The notes below the pieces were generated by a model that was not told the DNA's origin, did not search any database, and worked only from the letters and a program-made list of their open reading frames with translations. A stretch of DNA of 61,648 nucleotides, filler included, from Stramenopiles sp. TOSAG23-3 (taxonomy: Eukaryota): assembly GCA_900128585.1 (NCBI GenBank). It is 10 parts of 10 records of this genome, joined end to end, with 100 filler letters (N's around TTAATTAATTAA, not from the genome) between each part and the next. Parts side by side here need not be neighbours in the genome. Positions count along the whole stretch, not along the records: positions 6,209 to 12,314 come from LT643383.1; positions 12,415 to 18,517 come from LT643384.1; positions 18,618 to 24,717 come from LT643385.1; 7 more parts are not named here. One strand, 5' to 3'. Each line of letters starts with the position of its first letter. Within the stretch, counting starts at the first letter, position 1. Made by a program: the position numbers and the translations under genes. Of the stretch, positions 10,571 to 21,237 are shown one piece after another.

Positions 10571-11440
10571 CGGTGTTCCTTCGCCGCCACCACCACTGCC
10601 TATTCCTCCAGCTTCTTCCTCTTCATTAACGAGTTTTGATACCGCATTTCCAGCAACATTACAACCAGCAACTACTCCTTCTTCTTCTTCAGGAGCTGCG
10701 ACAACATCCCCCCCGTCTGTAGCCACAACAGCCGCCCCAACAGCAAGTGTTCCACCTGCGTCACAAAGACCTTTAGTTATAGTACCTGCAGCTTGCAACA
10801 CAGCACCACCAACAGCTACAGCATTATCTTTTACAAAGCCACCAACATCTGCAGCACCATCTTCAACGTCATCCCAGACACCGCTCCAGGTCCACTCTTC
10901 TTCAATGAGTGACATTTGATTATTTCGTTTTAAACGCTTTCTTCCGAGCTTTTTGAGCTTCGATACAAGTTTGCGCCATTTTTTCCCAATTTTTTTCACT
11001 ATTTTTTTCATAAAATGAAATAGTCTAGACAATGGCTTCTTTTTCTCGAAAAGCCGAAGGCAATCTTTGGACTTACGGCACTCACGGCCAAGCAAGGTTT
11101 GCACTTTCTTTAGCTTTTTCTTTGCAGATGCATCAAGTTTCTTCCAAGCAGTCCTAATGTTCTTCTCCAATGCTCCTTTCTCTGCTTTAGATGCCTTGTC
11201 ATAAAACTTCTTCATATTAAGTCGCCCTTTCTTGAGAATCTCTGAATGTGCAACAATACTTTCTACCCATTCTTTCGGATCGGCGTCATGAAAGTCCATC
11301 ATCATCTCCGTCAACATTGGTACCGCTCTTTTATCATTTGTGAATGCTACATGAACGGTTCTTTTTTTCTCACTAACTAAAGTTTCAGCTGACGCAATTG
11401 CGCAGAATATTGCAAAAAAAGACAGAATTAAGAATCGCAT
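9962..11440 (-). CDS. Secreted orphan protein with Lys-rich amphipathic region, Gly/Ala-rich hydrophobic segment, (PE)n linker and Cys-containing C-terminal domain
   Basis: 492-aa ORF; signal peptide MRFLILSFFAIFCAIASA; PEPEPEPEPEPE repeat; codon usage visibly more AT-rich than neighbouring genes. Confidence 0.75.
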
Positions 11441-11900
11441 ATTGTTTTGAATGGCTTCGTTGTAAATTGCGTTTTGTATTTTGAAATTGCTTTCTATTTA
11501 TTAATTCGAAATAAGTTTACTTAGATTATATCTTACCAGTTGCTTAACTTACAACTTGCTTCTCATTTTTCGCAACTCGCAACTTCAAATCTTTTAACAA
11601 GTATAATATCTCTCCTTCTTTTTTTTCCTCCCCGCCCTCTTTTTTCTTTTTCTTCAATTTTTTCCTCCTCTCTCTCTCCTCCTTTCTTGTTATTAAATGT
11701 TAAATGATGAGAAGGCACAGATCTCAAAATTTAAACCGTAGCGTTGGTGATTTAGTATGGGAATAGCAGGTGTTATAATTTTATGCTGTGTATATATTAT
11801 TGCGACATACTTAAATTATTAACATTAACAATTTCTGCCAGTTTTTTGTTTTTAAGTTTAATATTTATGAAAAACAAATTATATATTTATTATGCTATGA

Positions 11901-11966
11901 ATGAGAGTCTTAAAAAAAAATGAGAGTCTTAAAAAAAAATGAGAGTCTTAAAACATACTATATCAT
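11901..11966 (+). repeat. Three tandem copies of a 19-bp unit (ATGAGAGTCTTAAAAAAAA); core also dispersed at 22911-22937 and 39991-40001
   Basis: Units start at 11901, 11920 and 11939; TGAGAGTCTTAAAACATACTATATCAT is identical at 11940-11966 and 22911-22937. Confidence 0.8.
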
Positions 11967-12046
11967 ATATATTTTTTTATATTTATGCTATGATATCATA
12001 TTATATTTCAAAATTATTTGTGTACATAACTCTTTTTACACTTCTT

Positions 12047-12146
12047 AAACAAGAAAATCGGCTGTTATTTATGTAATTAAAATTAATGTACTGCGAAGTG
12101 AGCTCTACTGGTGTGATTTTAGTAATCAATATACCCTTTATCACTT
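12047..12146 (+). repeat. Copy of a roughly 100-120 bp dispersed intergenic repeat family
   Basis: AAACAAGAAAAT(C/T)GGCTGTTATTTA.GTAATTAAAATTAATGTACTGCGAA.TGA...ATATACCCTT...TCACTT; matches 25043-25129 plus 25248-25271 (+) and 39783-39903 (-). Confidence 0.75.
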
Positions 12147-12611
12147 CTTATATTAATTATCATACATTTTTTTAATCGATTTCTTTTAGTTTTCAGAGAA
12201 TATTTTCTCCTTTCTCGGTTAATTGTCTCTAAAACCCCGATTTTGTGACGTTTATGGCAACCTGTAACTCGGCGGCGATTTTAAACGTTCCAAAAGGGCA
12301 CGCATTTCTACTTGNNNNNNNNNNNNNNNNNNNNNNNNNNNNNNNNNNNNNNNNNNNNTTAATTAATTAANNNNNNNNNNNNNNNNNNNNNNNNNNNNNN
12401 NNNNNNNNNNNNNNTATACGATTTAATAATAGACCGACTGACTGTATGTGAACAAGAGAGTCTAGTCATCTATATAGTATTAATTCTTCATTTGAATTCA
12501 TAATTGATTGCGCTACGAAAAGAAAGAAAAGGGAAGAGAAGGATATTTTCTACAGGATTAATAGTTTCCTATCATACTGTATCTTTTGGTTTTTTATCTT
12601 TAACCCATACG

Positions 12612-13082
12612 ATGAAAATTCAGTTCATAGCGCTTGCCACTCTAGTGGCACTGTCCTGTGTCCCAACCGCCGAGGCAAAGTGGAGGTGCACGTTCAATTG
12701 GAAAAAATCCGACCCAAATTGCAATCGAATGGATGCTGAAGACGTTCGACTGACGACCCCGTTTGCGCAGTGCTTCCCGGGTGCCCATGCGGACTTTACA
12801 GGCTATGGCTTGTTCCACTTCCCGGCGAACGAAACCCTCACCGCGGGCGATTGGCAGTACAGGATTTACGAGGACGGCGTGAAGAACAAGGTGGCAAGCG
12901 ACGCCGGGGACATAATGAAAGTCATCCACACGGACGGGAACAGATGGAAGTTGAACATTCCTTTCGTAATGCCAAAAAAGCAGTCAACTGGCCACTTTAC
13001 CGTGGACTTTTTGACCAAAGATCAGGACAAGGTCCAAGATCTGTGCCTTTCCATGGCCTTCAACTACACATGGGCAGCGTGA
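12612..13082 (+). CDS. Small secreted beta-rich protein, possibly ML (MD-2/NPC2-like lipid recognition) domain
   Basis: ATG at 12612 gives signal peptide MKIQFIALATLVALSCVPTAEA; 156 aa, spaced Cys, ending in a TVDFLTKDQ...LCLSMAF strand typical of ML domains. The family call is tentative. Confidence 0.6.
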   Translation: MKIQFIALATLVALSCVPTAEAKWRCTFNWKKSDPNCNRMDAEDVRLTTPFAQCFPGAHADFTGYGLFHFPANETLTAGDWQYRIYEDGVKNKVASDAGDIMKVIHTDGNRWKLNIPFVMPKKQSTGHFTVDFLTKDQDKVQDLCLSMAFNYTWAA

Positions 13083-13298
13083 CCGGTTCGGTCGTACCTT
13101 GGTCGGTCCCCAATCACAGAGATTTTTATTTTTAAATTTGAAAATATACTTCGTAATTCTCAACTTATACTACTTTTATATGTGTAATTGACCAACTTAA
13201 CGCATTGGGTACTTTGCCTTAAAATCATAAGCGTGCGCACACTAAAACTGCTGTTGGGCGTTTTTTCCCCCACAAATTCTCTCAGCTCTCCGCCCCTC

Positions 13299-14414
13299 CT
13301 ACTCTTCTTTCCCGGTAACCCGTCCTAACTTTTTGTCGATTGCGTCGACCACCGATTGGTTCTTTCCTCCGTTCACTGCGAACTGTTTCAGTTCTGGGGA
13401 AAATACCGTCTCCTCGCTGGAAAATATTTCCAAAAGAGACTCCATCCCTTTAGCGTTGATCGAGGTTTGGGTTAGGTCCAAACATTTGAACGTCTGGTTC
13501 CCCGTGCACATGCCGGTTTCTTCGTCCAGCGCGTCCAGTGAGAAGGCGCCCCCGCCCCCTCCTCCCTTGCCCTTCTTCCCACCTCCTCCTTTGCCGGCGT
13601 TTTCGGCGTGGAGCTGCTCCACTACTGTCCGCTCCTCCTTCTCGGCGCTGGTCAACGGGCCATACGTGCTGAGGCCGGAGGCAAACAAGGCTGCAGTCTT
13701 GTTCCCAGTGCTGTTTCGGCCAAGCCACAGGCACTGCAACACGTGGTTGTACCGAAGCGCCTTGGCAAGGTGCGCCCCGCCCGTCTCCGATATTCTGTTG
13801 TTGTACAGATTCAAATGGGTGATGCTGCTATTGATCCACAGGGCCTGGGAGATTGCACCTGCGCCGGCATCGTCGACGTTGCACCCACGCAACGACAGCC
13901 GCGCCAGCGTCGTCCCGGACGATGCTGGCAGTATCAGTTGTGCAAAGTCGGCGGAGCGGGGAACCGCGGTGTTGAAATCGACGCACAAACTCGTCAGGCT
14001 CGACATGGCGGGCAACTCGGAGGCGAGGATACGGAACGATTCCGAGGTCAGGTCAATGTCAACCAGCTTCAACGAAGAGATCGAACTCCCTGCGGATATG
14101 GCCTTGCACAAGCAGTGCAAAGTGGCCCGGTCTACTGCCGTTCCCCGTATCGAAATTTCACCCTCCACCGGACTCGTGTCGAAGAGACTCGCCGGGGAAC
14201 TTTTGTCCTCTTCCGTAAAATCACTTATGCTCTTGGTCCGTGGAACAACTCCTGGGTGCACGGCAACCCCCAACGTGCTGGCGTACGCCATAAAATCTTC
14301 CCTAAAATTCTTCCCTCCCACAGAAACCGAAGACAAAGTTTCATCAATGTTTTCTACATTTGACAGCAACGCCTCGTTCTCCTCAAATCGCCAGACTCGA
14401 TAAATTTCCTCCAT
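13299..14414 (-). CDS. RI-like leucine-rich repeat protein, LRRC71-like
   Basis: LSLRGCNVDDAGAGAISQAL, LNLYNNRISETGGAHLAKAL, LWLGRNSTGNKTA, then LTSAEKEER and a basic KGGGGKKGK insert as in LRRC71. Start at the first ATG, 14414. Confidence 0.8.
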   Translation of the reverse strand: MEEIYRVWRFEENEALLSNVENIDETLSSVSVGGKNFREDFMAYASTLGVAVHPGVVPRTKSISDFTEEDKSSPASLFDTSPVEGEISIRGTAVDRATLHCLCKAISAGSSISSLKLVDIDLTSESFRILASELPAMSSLTSLCVDFNTAVPRSADFAQLILPASSGTTLARLSLRGCNVDDAGAGAISQALWINSSITHLNLYNNRISETGGAHLAKALRYNHVLQCLWLGRNSTGNKTAALFASGLSTYGPLTSAEKEERTVVEQLHAENAGKGGGGKKGKGGGGGGAFSLDALDEETGMCTGNQTFKCLDLTQTSINAKGMESLLEIFSSEETVFSPELKQFAVNGGKNQSVVDAIDKKLGRVTGKEE

Positions 14415-15560
14415 CTTTTTTTGCAAAACTTCTCCGTCACACACACACACGCCAAGAAAGCAAAAGGAAGGGGATTAGACAATGAATTCAAAGGGTAAAC
14501 AAATGATTTTCAAATTTAATCCTTCTCTTTAACGATTAAAATGTTTTTCGACGTGACTTCTCTTTCTTTAAACTATAGATGCCCAATTCCATTTTAATAG
14601 AAAAAATTTAACCCAAAATGAAAGCATCTCATTTTCTTAAAACTTGTGTTGCACATATCTCTTATTAAAAATAAAAAAATAGTAGATAGAGCGGCGCATC
14701 CTCTCCATATTTTGATGGTAGATTTTGATGATGATGATGAATAGACTAATAATAATTTCAATCTTCTTCCTACCCTACGAGGACGTATTCCACCTAATAT
14801 GATAATACCGGTAAAGCTAATAATAAAGATAGAAGACGACTAATTTAAATTTATTTTTTACTGCCTAATCATAGTACCTTGGTATAAAAAATAATAATAC
14901 TTAAAAAAAAATCTCATTTCTTCGTTCAGCTCTCCTCCTCCTCTCCGAGATCATTTTTCATTGATTGTACTTAATGTATTAAAATGAATTTTATTTGAGC
15001 GTTGATTATAAGACGACGACTGAATGAGTGAAACGCAAATTTTAATAGGGAAATTTGTTTTTAATAAGTATATATAAAATGTATTGTTTATAAATTTTAA
15101 ACTCCTCGTTGAGATTCCTTTGTATTGTGCATCATCCATCATTAATACGTATAATAGTACAATACAAGGACAACGAGTATTATTTTATTGTTCCGTTAAA
15201 CCCTTTGCTTAGTTATAAGACGACTACGCGTAGCGGATTAATTTAATGGAACAGGTTTTCTATATTGTGTACCTGTTAAATAAAATTAATCTGTTTCTTA
15301 ATGTTATTATTACTGACAAGTTTCTCTGCTCGGAGCGGTCGGCTACCAGTGCTGTAGCACTGTAAAATGGTAAATCAGCTGCAGGGATTATTTATTAATT
15401 ATTAAAATATAATTTTAACTAGTCGTCTACCTGTGTGTTGTCGCTTCTTCAGTTTCATATTATTATCACCGCCAACACAATACTACACAACAAACAGCAA
15501 TGACCCCATCGGACGACTGAGATCGACCGACCCACCCGCTTCGTCAGAGGAAGGCACGAG

Positions 15561-16550
15561 ATGATGGAGTCAAAGAAGCGGAAAAGTTGCTCGATGTGGA
15601 GAGAATATATACACGAAAACAGATTGTTCGTCTACCGTACTTCTCCATTCCAACAAGAATCTCCAAAGCGCAGCCCCATACCCTTTAACAAGTCGCACGC
15701 ACGCACCGAGAACGTAGACCACGAAATGTCGCAAGTAGGACCCCGTATTGCTAAAAATAGTTCAGAACCCGTGCGCTCCAAGGCGCGTAGGTCGAAAAGC
15801 CGGAAACCAGACGCTGAGAAGAAACCTGCGACGAAATGGGCGCCAAAGGCGAAGAAGCCGGCGATGCTCATGACGCTGTCGTCCAGCTTATCGCGACCAG
15901 ACGGCCCAGTAAAGTCGCACTTTAACTTTGGCGGGGGCAAAAACGGTCCCCCGAAAACCAACGCTCGGAGGGCCCGCAAGCCCACCACGTCCCAGTTCAA
16001 AAAATTCTACGTTCGTGGCGATCTACCAGTGACGGTGTCGCATGGGGCAAAGCGAAAGGTTCAGTGGAAAATTGATACGGCGCAGCTGGACTACCACCAC
16101 TACCTGCCCCTCTTCCTCGACGGGATCCGTGAGCTGGAAGAGCCGTACAAGTTCATCTCTTTCGAGGGAACTATGACTCTGTTGAACCGCGGCGGAAACA
16201 AGATATTGCCGTGCGTTCCCCAATGCATTATGCCGCTGAAGACTGCATTGGCCACACGCGACCCGCGCATTCTCTGCCTGGTGATGCAAGTCATACAGAC
16301 GCTGGTCCAATCCGCTGACCTGGTAGGAGAAGCCCTTGTTCCATACTATCGCCAGCTGCTCCCAGTGTTTAACTTGTTCATATCAAACCGCGTCAATCTT
16401 GGGGACCAGATTGATTACGGCCAAAGGAAGAAGGAGAACCTTAGCGATTTGATCATGGAAACGTTGGAGCTTTTGGAAAAGTACGGAGGGGACGATGCGT
16501 TTATCAACATAAAGTACATGATCCCGACGTATGAATCCTCTGCGATGTAA
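15561..16550 (+). CDS. PACRG: Parkin co-regulated gene protein (axonemal inner junction)
   Basis: FKKFYVRGDLP, LDYHHYLPLFLDG, EALVPYYRQLLP, AFINIKYMIPTYES. The true start may be the downstream ATG at 15726. Confidence 0.93.
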   Translation: MMESKKRKSCSMWREYIHENRLFVYRTSPFQQESPKRSPIPFNKSHARTENVDHEMSQVGPRIAKNSSEPVRSKARRSKSRKPDAEKKPATKWAPKAKKPAMLMTLSSSLSRPDGPVKSHFNFGGGKNGPPKTNARRARKPTTSQFKKFYVRGDLPVTVSHGAKRKVQWKIDTAQLDYHHYLPLFLDGIRELEEPYKFISFEGTMTLLNRGGNKILPCVPQCIMPLKTALATRDPRILCLVMQVIQTLVQSADLVGEALVPYYRQLLPVFNLFISNRVNLGDQIDYGQRKKENLSDLIMETLELLEKYGGDDAFINIKYMIPTYESSAM

Positions 16551-16870
16551 AAAAAGAAGGAACGTGGCCCACATCTTTCCTCCTGCCCTACTCTCGGAGT
16601 GTTAATCATGCTCGCTCGGGGGGGGGGGGGGGGGGGGGGCGGGCCCCCCAAAATTTTAAAAAAACAGCAGATTAGCACTGTCGGTGTCTCCTATTAATAT
16701 TCAATCATAAAAATACGACGTATTCCTTTTTTGATTTATGTTTCTCATGTAATATTATCGCGCCCGTGCGTTTGCCCGTGTTGACTCTTTCGCCCGGCCT
16801 AGCCCAACCCTAAAAACCCGCGTAACGCTGGGAATAAGGTAACGAGGGTGCGCGGATGCTGGGCCAAATC

Positions 16871-18136
16871 CTATACGTTCACCCCAGCAGGGACGTCTTT
16901 CATCCCTTCTAGCATAAGAGGGACTTTCTTGTAGTCCACGAACATTTCCATTCCTGGCTTTTTTTTGTGGAGGTTTATCCACATGTATTGGAGGATCTGA
17001 GAGTTGCTAAAGTTGCCACCCGTCTTCAGCGATTTGTACATGACCAGGTCGGCGGCGTACTCGTACCCGAGGCCTTTTCTGTTCCCTGCCGCTTCGATTC
17101 GAATTTCTGCCGCGTCCTTTTCAGCATTTATCAGCGCGATTTTCGCTTTTGATTCTTCCATAAGATGCTCTTTTTGAAATTCGACCAGCTTCTGTTGTTG
17201 GAAACTCTCCGCCTCGACCAGTTGTTTGGCTCGATTCTTTTTCATGGTCTGGAGCTCAACGTCTAGGACAATCGTTTGCAATAGTCGGCTACGATTCTTC
17301 TCCGCCATTTCAACGCGCCCTTCTGTGTCCGCCGATATCAAGGCCCCATCCTGCTGCAACTTGGCCGAAGCAACGTCTTTCGCTGCGTCTATCAATATGG
17401 TTTCTTTGTTCGAATCAAGATCGATCGTTGCCTTCTTTAGCGCGTTGGTCTCTCCTGCGATTTCCAATGTTCGCACTTCGATGGCTTGCTCTTGCAGCAG
17501 TTTGATGTTTTGAATCGCTTGGATCCATCCCTGAAATTTCGAGGATACCGTCACATGGAACAGGTGCAGATCCTTGGCGTCAACGAACAAGGGAGACAAG
17601 GATTTCTTTAGCTCTTCAAGCATGGCGTCCCGAATGGTGACCCTGTCCGGAGACAAAAATTGCAGCGCCGTGTACTTTGAACTGGACCTGTGCAGCGCAC
17701 TCAGCGCTGCGACGTGGATCTCTTTCGTTGTGTTGCTACCTAACAGATCGTATACTTTTCGGATGCTGTCCTTTCGAAACGAGTACTCGAAGTCTACGTC
17801 CAGCTTCACACGCAGTCCCTCTTTGGACCTGATGCTGAGGGTTGGTCCGTGTTGGTCCGCCTGTTTGCCTTCGCCCGCCAGCCGCATGCGAACGAAAGTG
17901 CGCGGGTAGCACGTGAAAGCATAAGATACGATTTCGAAATAAGTCCCAGGTTCCCCGTCCATATAGAGGTTTTCGTCCATTTCTTGGGTGACGGTGTTGT
18001 ACCTAATGCAGTACTGAAGCTCCGAAATGTATTTAAACGAGGCAGCAAACAGCGATATGCTTGTAATTGTGAGGATCATGCATCCTAGCAAGACGCCGCG
18101 CCGGAGGCGCTTATCCTCTTTGAACCTTTGACGCAT
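16871..18136 (-). CDS. SPFH/Band 7 domain membrane protein with long coiled-coil C-terminus
   Basis: N-terminal TM helix, then YCIRYNTVT, FTCYPRT and SIRSKEGLRVKLDVDFEY (SPFH pattern), followed by an A/E/K/Q-rich coiled coil. Confidence 0.8.
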   Translation of the reverse strand: MRQRFKEDKRLRRGVLLGCMILTITSISLFAASFKYISELQYCIRYNTVTQEMDENLYMDGEPGTYFEIVSYAFTCYPRTFVRMRLAGEGKQADQHGPTLSIRSKEGLRVKLDVDFEYSFRKDSIRKVYDLLGSNTTKEIHVAALSALHRSSSKYTALQFLSPDRVTIRDAMLEELKKSLSPLFVDAKDLHLFHVTVSSKFQGWIQAIQNIKLLQEQAIEVRTLEIAGETNALKKATIDLDSNKETILIDAAKDVASAKLQQDGALISADTEGRVEMAEKNRSRLLQTIVLDVELQTMKKNRAKQLVEAESFQQQKLVEFQKEHLMEESKAKIALINAEKDAAEIRIEAAGNRKGLGYEYAADLVMYKSLKTGGNFSNSQILQYMWINLHKKKPGMEMFVDYKKVPLMLEGMKDVPAGVNV

Positions 18137-18617
18137 CGTAAGAGATCTGGACTAGCGGGGGATTCAGTGGTGGCGTCGTATTCCACAGTTCTTTGATGCA
18201 AAATTTTACACTTGGTAGCCTACAGATGAAATGTTGGGAATCCAAAACTACCAAATTGTTGTTGTTCCGAACATCTATAAAAAAAAGGGCAGGCGTACAA
18301 TCAATTGTAGTGTGGATAATATGCTTTTTACTTCAAATATAATAACAAAATAAAATCTTTCCTCCTTCCCGCCGCCGCCAGCCATGTATAATACCATCGT
18401 CGTGTGCACTGCTACAGTGGCCATACACAGTCACCTTTCGAATACTCCTCCTCTAAAATTATCTCAACTCAAAGTGTGTAATTAGTTAACATAACAATAA
18501 CATCCAAAAATAAAAACNNNNNNNNNNNNNNNNNNNNNNNNNNNNNNNNNNNNNNNNNNNNTTAATTAATTAANNNNNNNNNNNNNNNNNNNNNNNNNNN
18601 NNNNNNNNNNNNNNNNN

Positions 18618-19289
18618 CAAATCCAACTGAACGAGATCGAGCATACGTTAATTACTGCCCAGCTGGAGACAGATAAGATTCTGAAGACGACCGCACAGAA
18701 AATCACAACACTTACGGCGAAGCGGGACGCAACGCTGTTGAACCTCAGCCAAACTGTTTACAACGATATAGAGAGTATCAACAAAAAGTTGAAGCGAGAA
18801 GAGGAGCTAACCGCAACGTTCGTTCAATACGAGCGTTCGAAAATGGATGCTTCGCTGAGAACCTACATGATGGATACATCCGCGCACATTGAAGCAATCA
18901 AAGGTCAGGAGCAAGTAGAGCTTGCCACAACAGACCTGCAGGTTGCAGCGGTCACAACAGAGATAAACCTATTACACGCCAGCCGTGACCACAACGCAAC
19001 CATAATCAGTACAACGGCAGATCGAGACGCCTCGAAGAACCAGACTGCTGGAAACGCGTTGGTCATCAAAGAAAAATCCAATGCTACCAAAGCCGGTATG
19101 ATGAAATTCAAATCGGATGCAGGGTTCGATGGCGAAGACGTAGTAGCTTATGAGTTTTCTAGGATGGTGGGCAACCACCCGACAAAGAACTTAAAAATGG
19201 ACATGCAGAAACCATCTAGCCTGTTCTTGCCCGGGCAAAAGACGGCACAGACGAAAAACCTTAAGGACCAGCACGTTGGGTTGGTATGA
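18618..19289 (+). CDS. 5'-truncated coiled-coil protein, probably the C-terminus of another SPFH-family paralog
   Basis: Frame is open from the contig start (QIQLNEIEH...). The C-terminal pattern KFKSDAGFDGEDVVAYEF..M......LKMDMQKP parallels LKTGGNFSNSQILQYMW..L......MFVDYKKVP of the 16871-18136 protein. Confidence 0.6.
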   Translation, partial: QIQLNEIEHTLITAQLETDKILKTTAQKITTLTAKRDATLLNLSQTVYNDIESINKKLKREEELTATFVQYERSKMDASLRTYMMDTSAHIEAIKGQEQVELATTDLQVAAVTTEINLLHASRDHNATIISTTADRDASKNQTAGNALVIKEKSNATKAGMMKFKSDAGFDGEDVVAYEFSRMVGNHPTKNLKMDMQKPSSLFLPGQKTAQTKNLKDQHVGLV

Positions 19290-19567
19290 GGGCCTTGCCT
19301 CTACTGCGCTCCTGCTTTTATTAAAAACATTTTCAGCTCCGCGTGGGCGGGGAAGTACAAAGGCGAAAATCGCTTTTATAAAAATGTTTACAAAAATAAT
19401 AAGATAAATTGTGTAGCAGTGTAGTACGAAGTAGAAACGGTTTTAAACCTCGTAAAAACAGTCAACGCCTGTGCCGAAGTAACGAACACTGCCTTAACCC
19501 AAGGGCGCGCTTACATTAAGACTGTAACATACCAAACCAAACGACGCCAAGCCTGGGCGGTGGCCCC

Positions 19568-20098
19568 TTACAGTTCCAAATGCTCCGTCTCTTTACACTT
19601 TCGAACAAACTCCGACTTTTCCGTGCACCCGGTGCAGGTGACCCCGCGGTCTGCAAGGATCTGCCGCAAGTGCTTGACACGCATTTTTTTGTAGTTGGTC
19701 GCACCCTTCTTGGTCTTGATCTTAAATTTTACGCCGCAAATTTCGCCGCTCTTCCTCTCCAATTTTTTGCACACACGCTCCACTGGGGCTCCCATGGCAA
19801 CCGGCGTGGACACTTCCCGCTTGATTGGGTCGATGTAATAGCAAACCTTCTTCTCTTTGACACCCAACTTCTTGTTCTTGTCGGCACAGTGTTTCGCAAC
19901 GATGGCCTCAATTTTGTCTTTAGATTTTCGCTGTTTCTTTGGAAGCTCCTTCACTTTCGCGATGATGTCCCCAATTACTTTTTTACAAACTTCGCAGTGC
20001 TTTGGGTCAGCACTTTTCTTCTTCGCGTCGACGTTGCCGGCAAGAAGTGCCGCGGCAATCGCGAAGGCAATGGCAATGGTTAACAATACGTTTTTCAT
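19568..20098 (-). CDS. MANF: MANF/CDNF (ARMET) family ER protein
   Basis: Signal peptide; saposin-like CEVC...C...KEKKVCYYI...VCKKL....GEIC; SAP-like KMRVKHLRQIL...CTGCTEKSEFV; C-terminal HLEL (KDEL-like). Confidence 0.88.
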   Translation of the reverse strand: MKNVLLTIAIAFAIAAALLAGNVDAKKKSADPKHCEVCKKVIGDIIAKVKELPKKQRKSKDKIEAIVAKHCADKNKKLGVKEKKVCYYIDPIKREVSTPVAMGAPVERVCKKLERKSGEICGVKFKIKTKKGATNYKKMRVKHLRQILADRGVTCTGCTEKSEFVRKCKETEHLEL

Positions 20099-21237
20099 TC
20101 TTGATATAAAAACAAAGCGTCGAATTCCTCAATTCAGTTCTTAAATTCTTGCGCTAACTCGCTTAATTTGTTCACTTTTCCTCAATACAATAATTGAATC
20201 AAAAGCATTGCAAAAGCGGTCCCGTCCGTACACATAAGAAACCAAAACCTGAATCTGAATCTTAATTAATAATGTGGTAGAGAAGAAGAAGAAGAAAGAA
20301 GAAGAAGAAAGAGCTAATAATGCAACGCGCGGTGGTCGAGCGACGAACGTGTCGTAGTTGAGTTGAAAGCCACGTGGTTCGTTGATTGGAGGAGAAACAT
20401 ATCTTATTAAACATAGGGTTTGTTATATTATTAGTATATGTATTTGTAGTCTAATTGTGAATGTATTCTAATACGATTTGTAGTCTACGTTAATAATGTA
20501 GTATTGCATTGTACTGTATCCTATATAATGGACCTTTTCGCTTGATCCTGGGAATGCCAATGCTCTGATGCTGTTGCTCCTGATCGATGAGTTCTCTTTT
20601 TCATCGAGTCCATCTCTGTATTAAATAGGTATTTAAACTCTTGTATTAAGTACAGATTAATGTATTCTTTTTGATAATTATGAATTGAGATGAGGACTCT
20701 TCAAAAACTGAGATTTCGTGATAAAAAAAAGGGGGGCGTTAATTAAGAGCCTATCATGCAGTATAAATTATACATAAGAATCGAAGACTTTAATTTATTT
20801 TAAGAAAGTATGGTTAAAAATCAAGGATTTCTACTATGCTATATATATGTAAACGTAAAAATAATTACATTTGATAAAAATCAGGAACCACCCTTTTCGT
20901 GTTTCTCAATATTTATTGTTTTGGAGAAAAGGCAACAAGTATAACTAATTAGCGTTAGGTCTGAATGGGAGGTCAATCCCTTTGCTATGATGCTATTAAC
21001 GGCGTTCTTTATCCTACAACACCCATCATTTAAATTGGAATTTTCTTACTGTAGACGAGAAAATACAAAATCGTTCACGTGGTCGTATAGTTCCTTCGTA
21101 TGAAAGTGTGAAATTGTGTCGCTACGCTGAGAAACTCCGACGATTCACACAAGTTAGAAAGTAAGAGAGAGAGAGAGAGAGAGGAAATATTGTATTCAGC
21201 TTTGTTTGAAACCATCTACTGCAACCAGCAAGATATA

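Noticed and set aside
16617-16639. Long G/C homopolymers (also about 5611-5627 and 53819-53854) as G-quadruplex elements or a poly-Gly tail
   Set aside because: Homopolymer lengths are unreliable in short-read assemblies; no independent support for function.
18136-18618. Apparent divergent pair of SPFH-like genes forming a cluster
   Set aside because: A contig linker (18518-18617) lies between them, so adjacency is artificial.
20584-20607. TCGATGA...TCATCGA hairpin in an intergenic region as a possible ncRNA
   Set aside because: A single 7-bp stem without snoRNA, tRNA or other family features.
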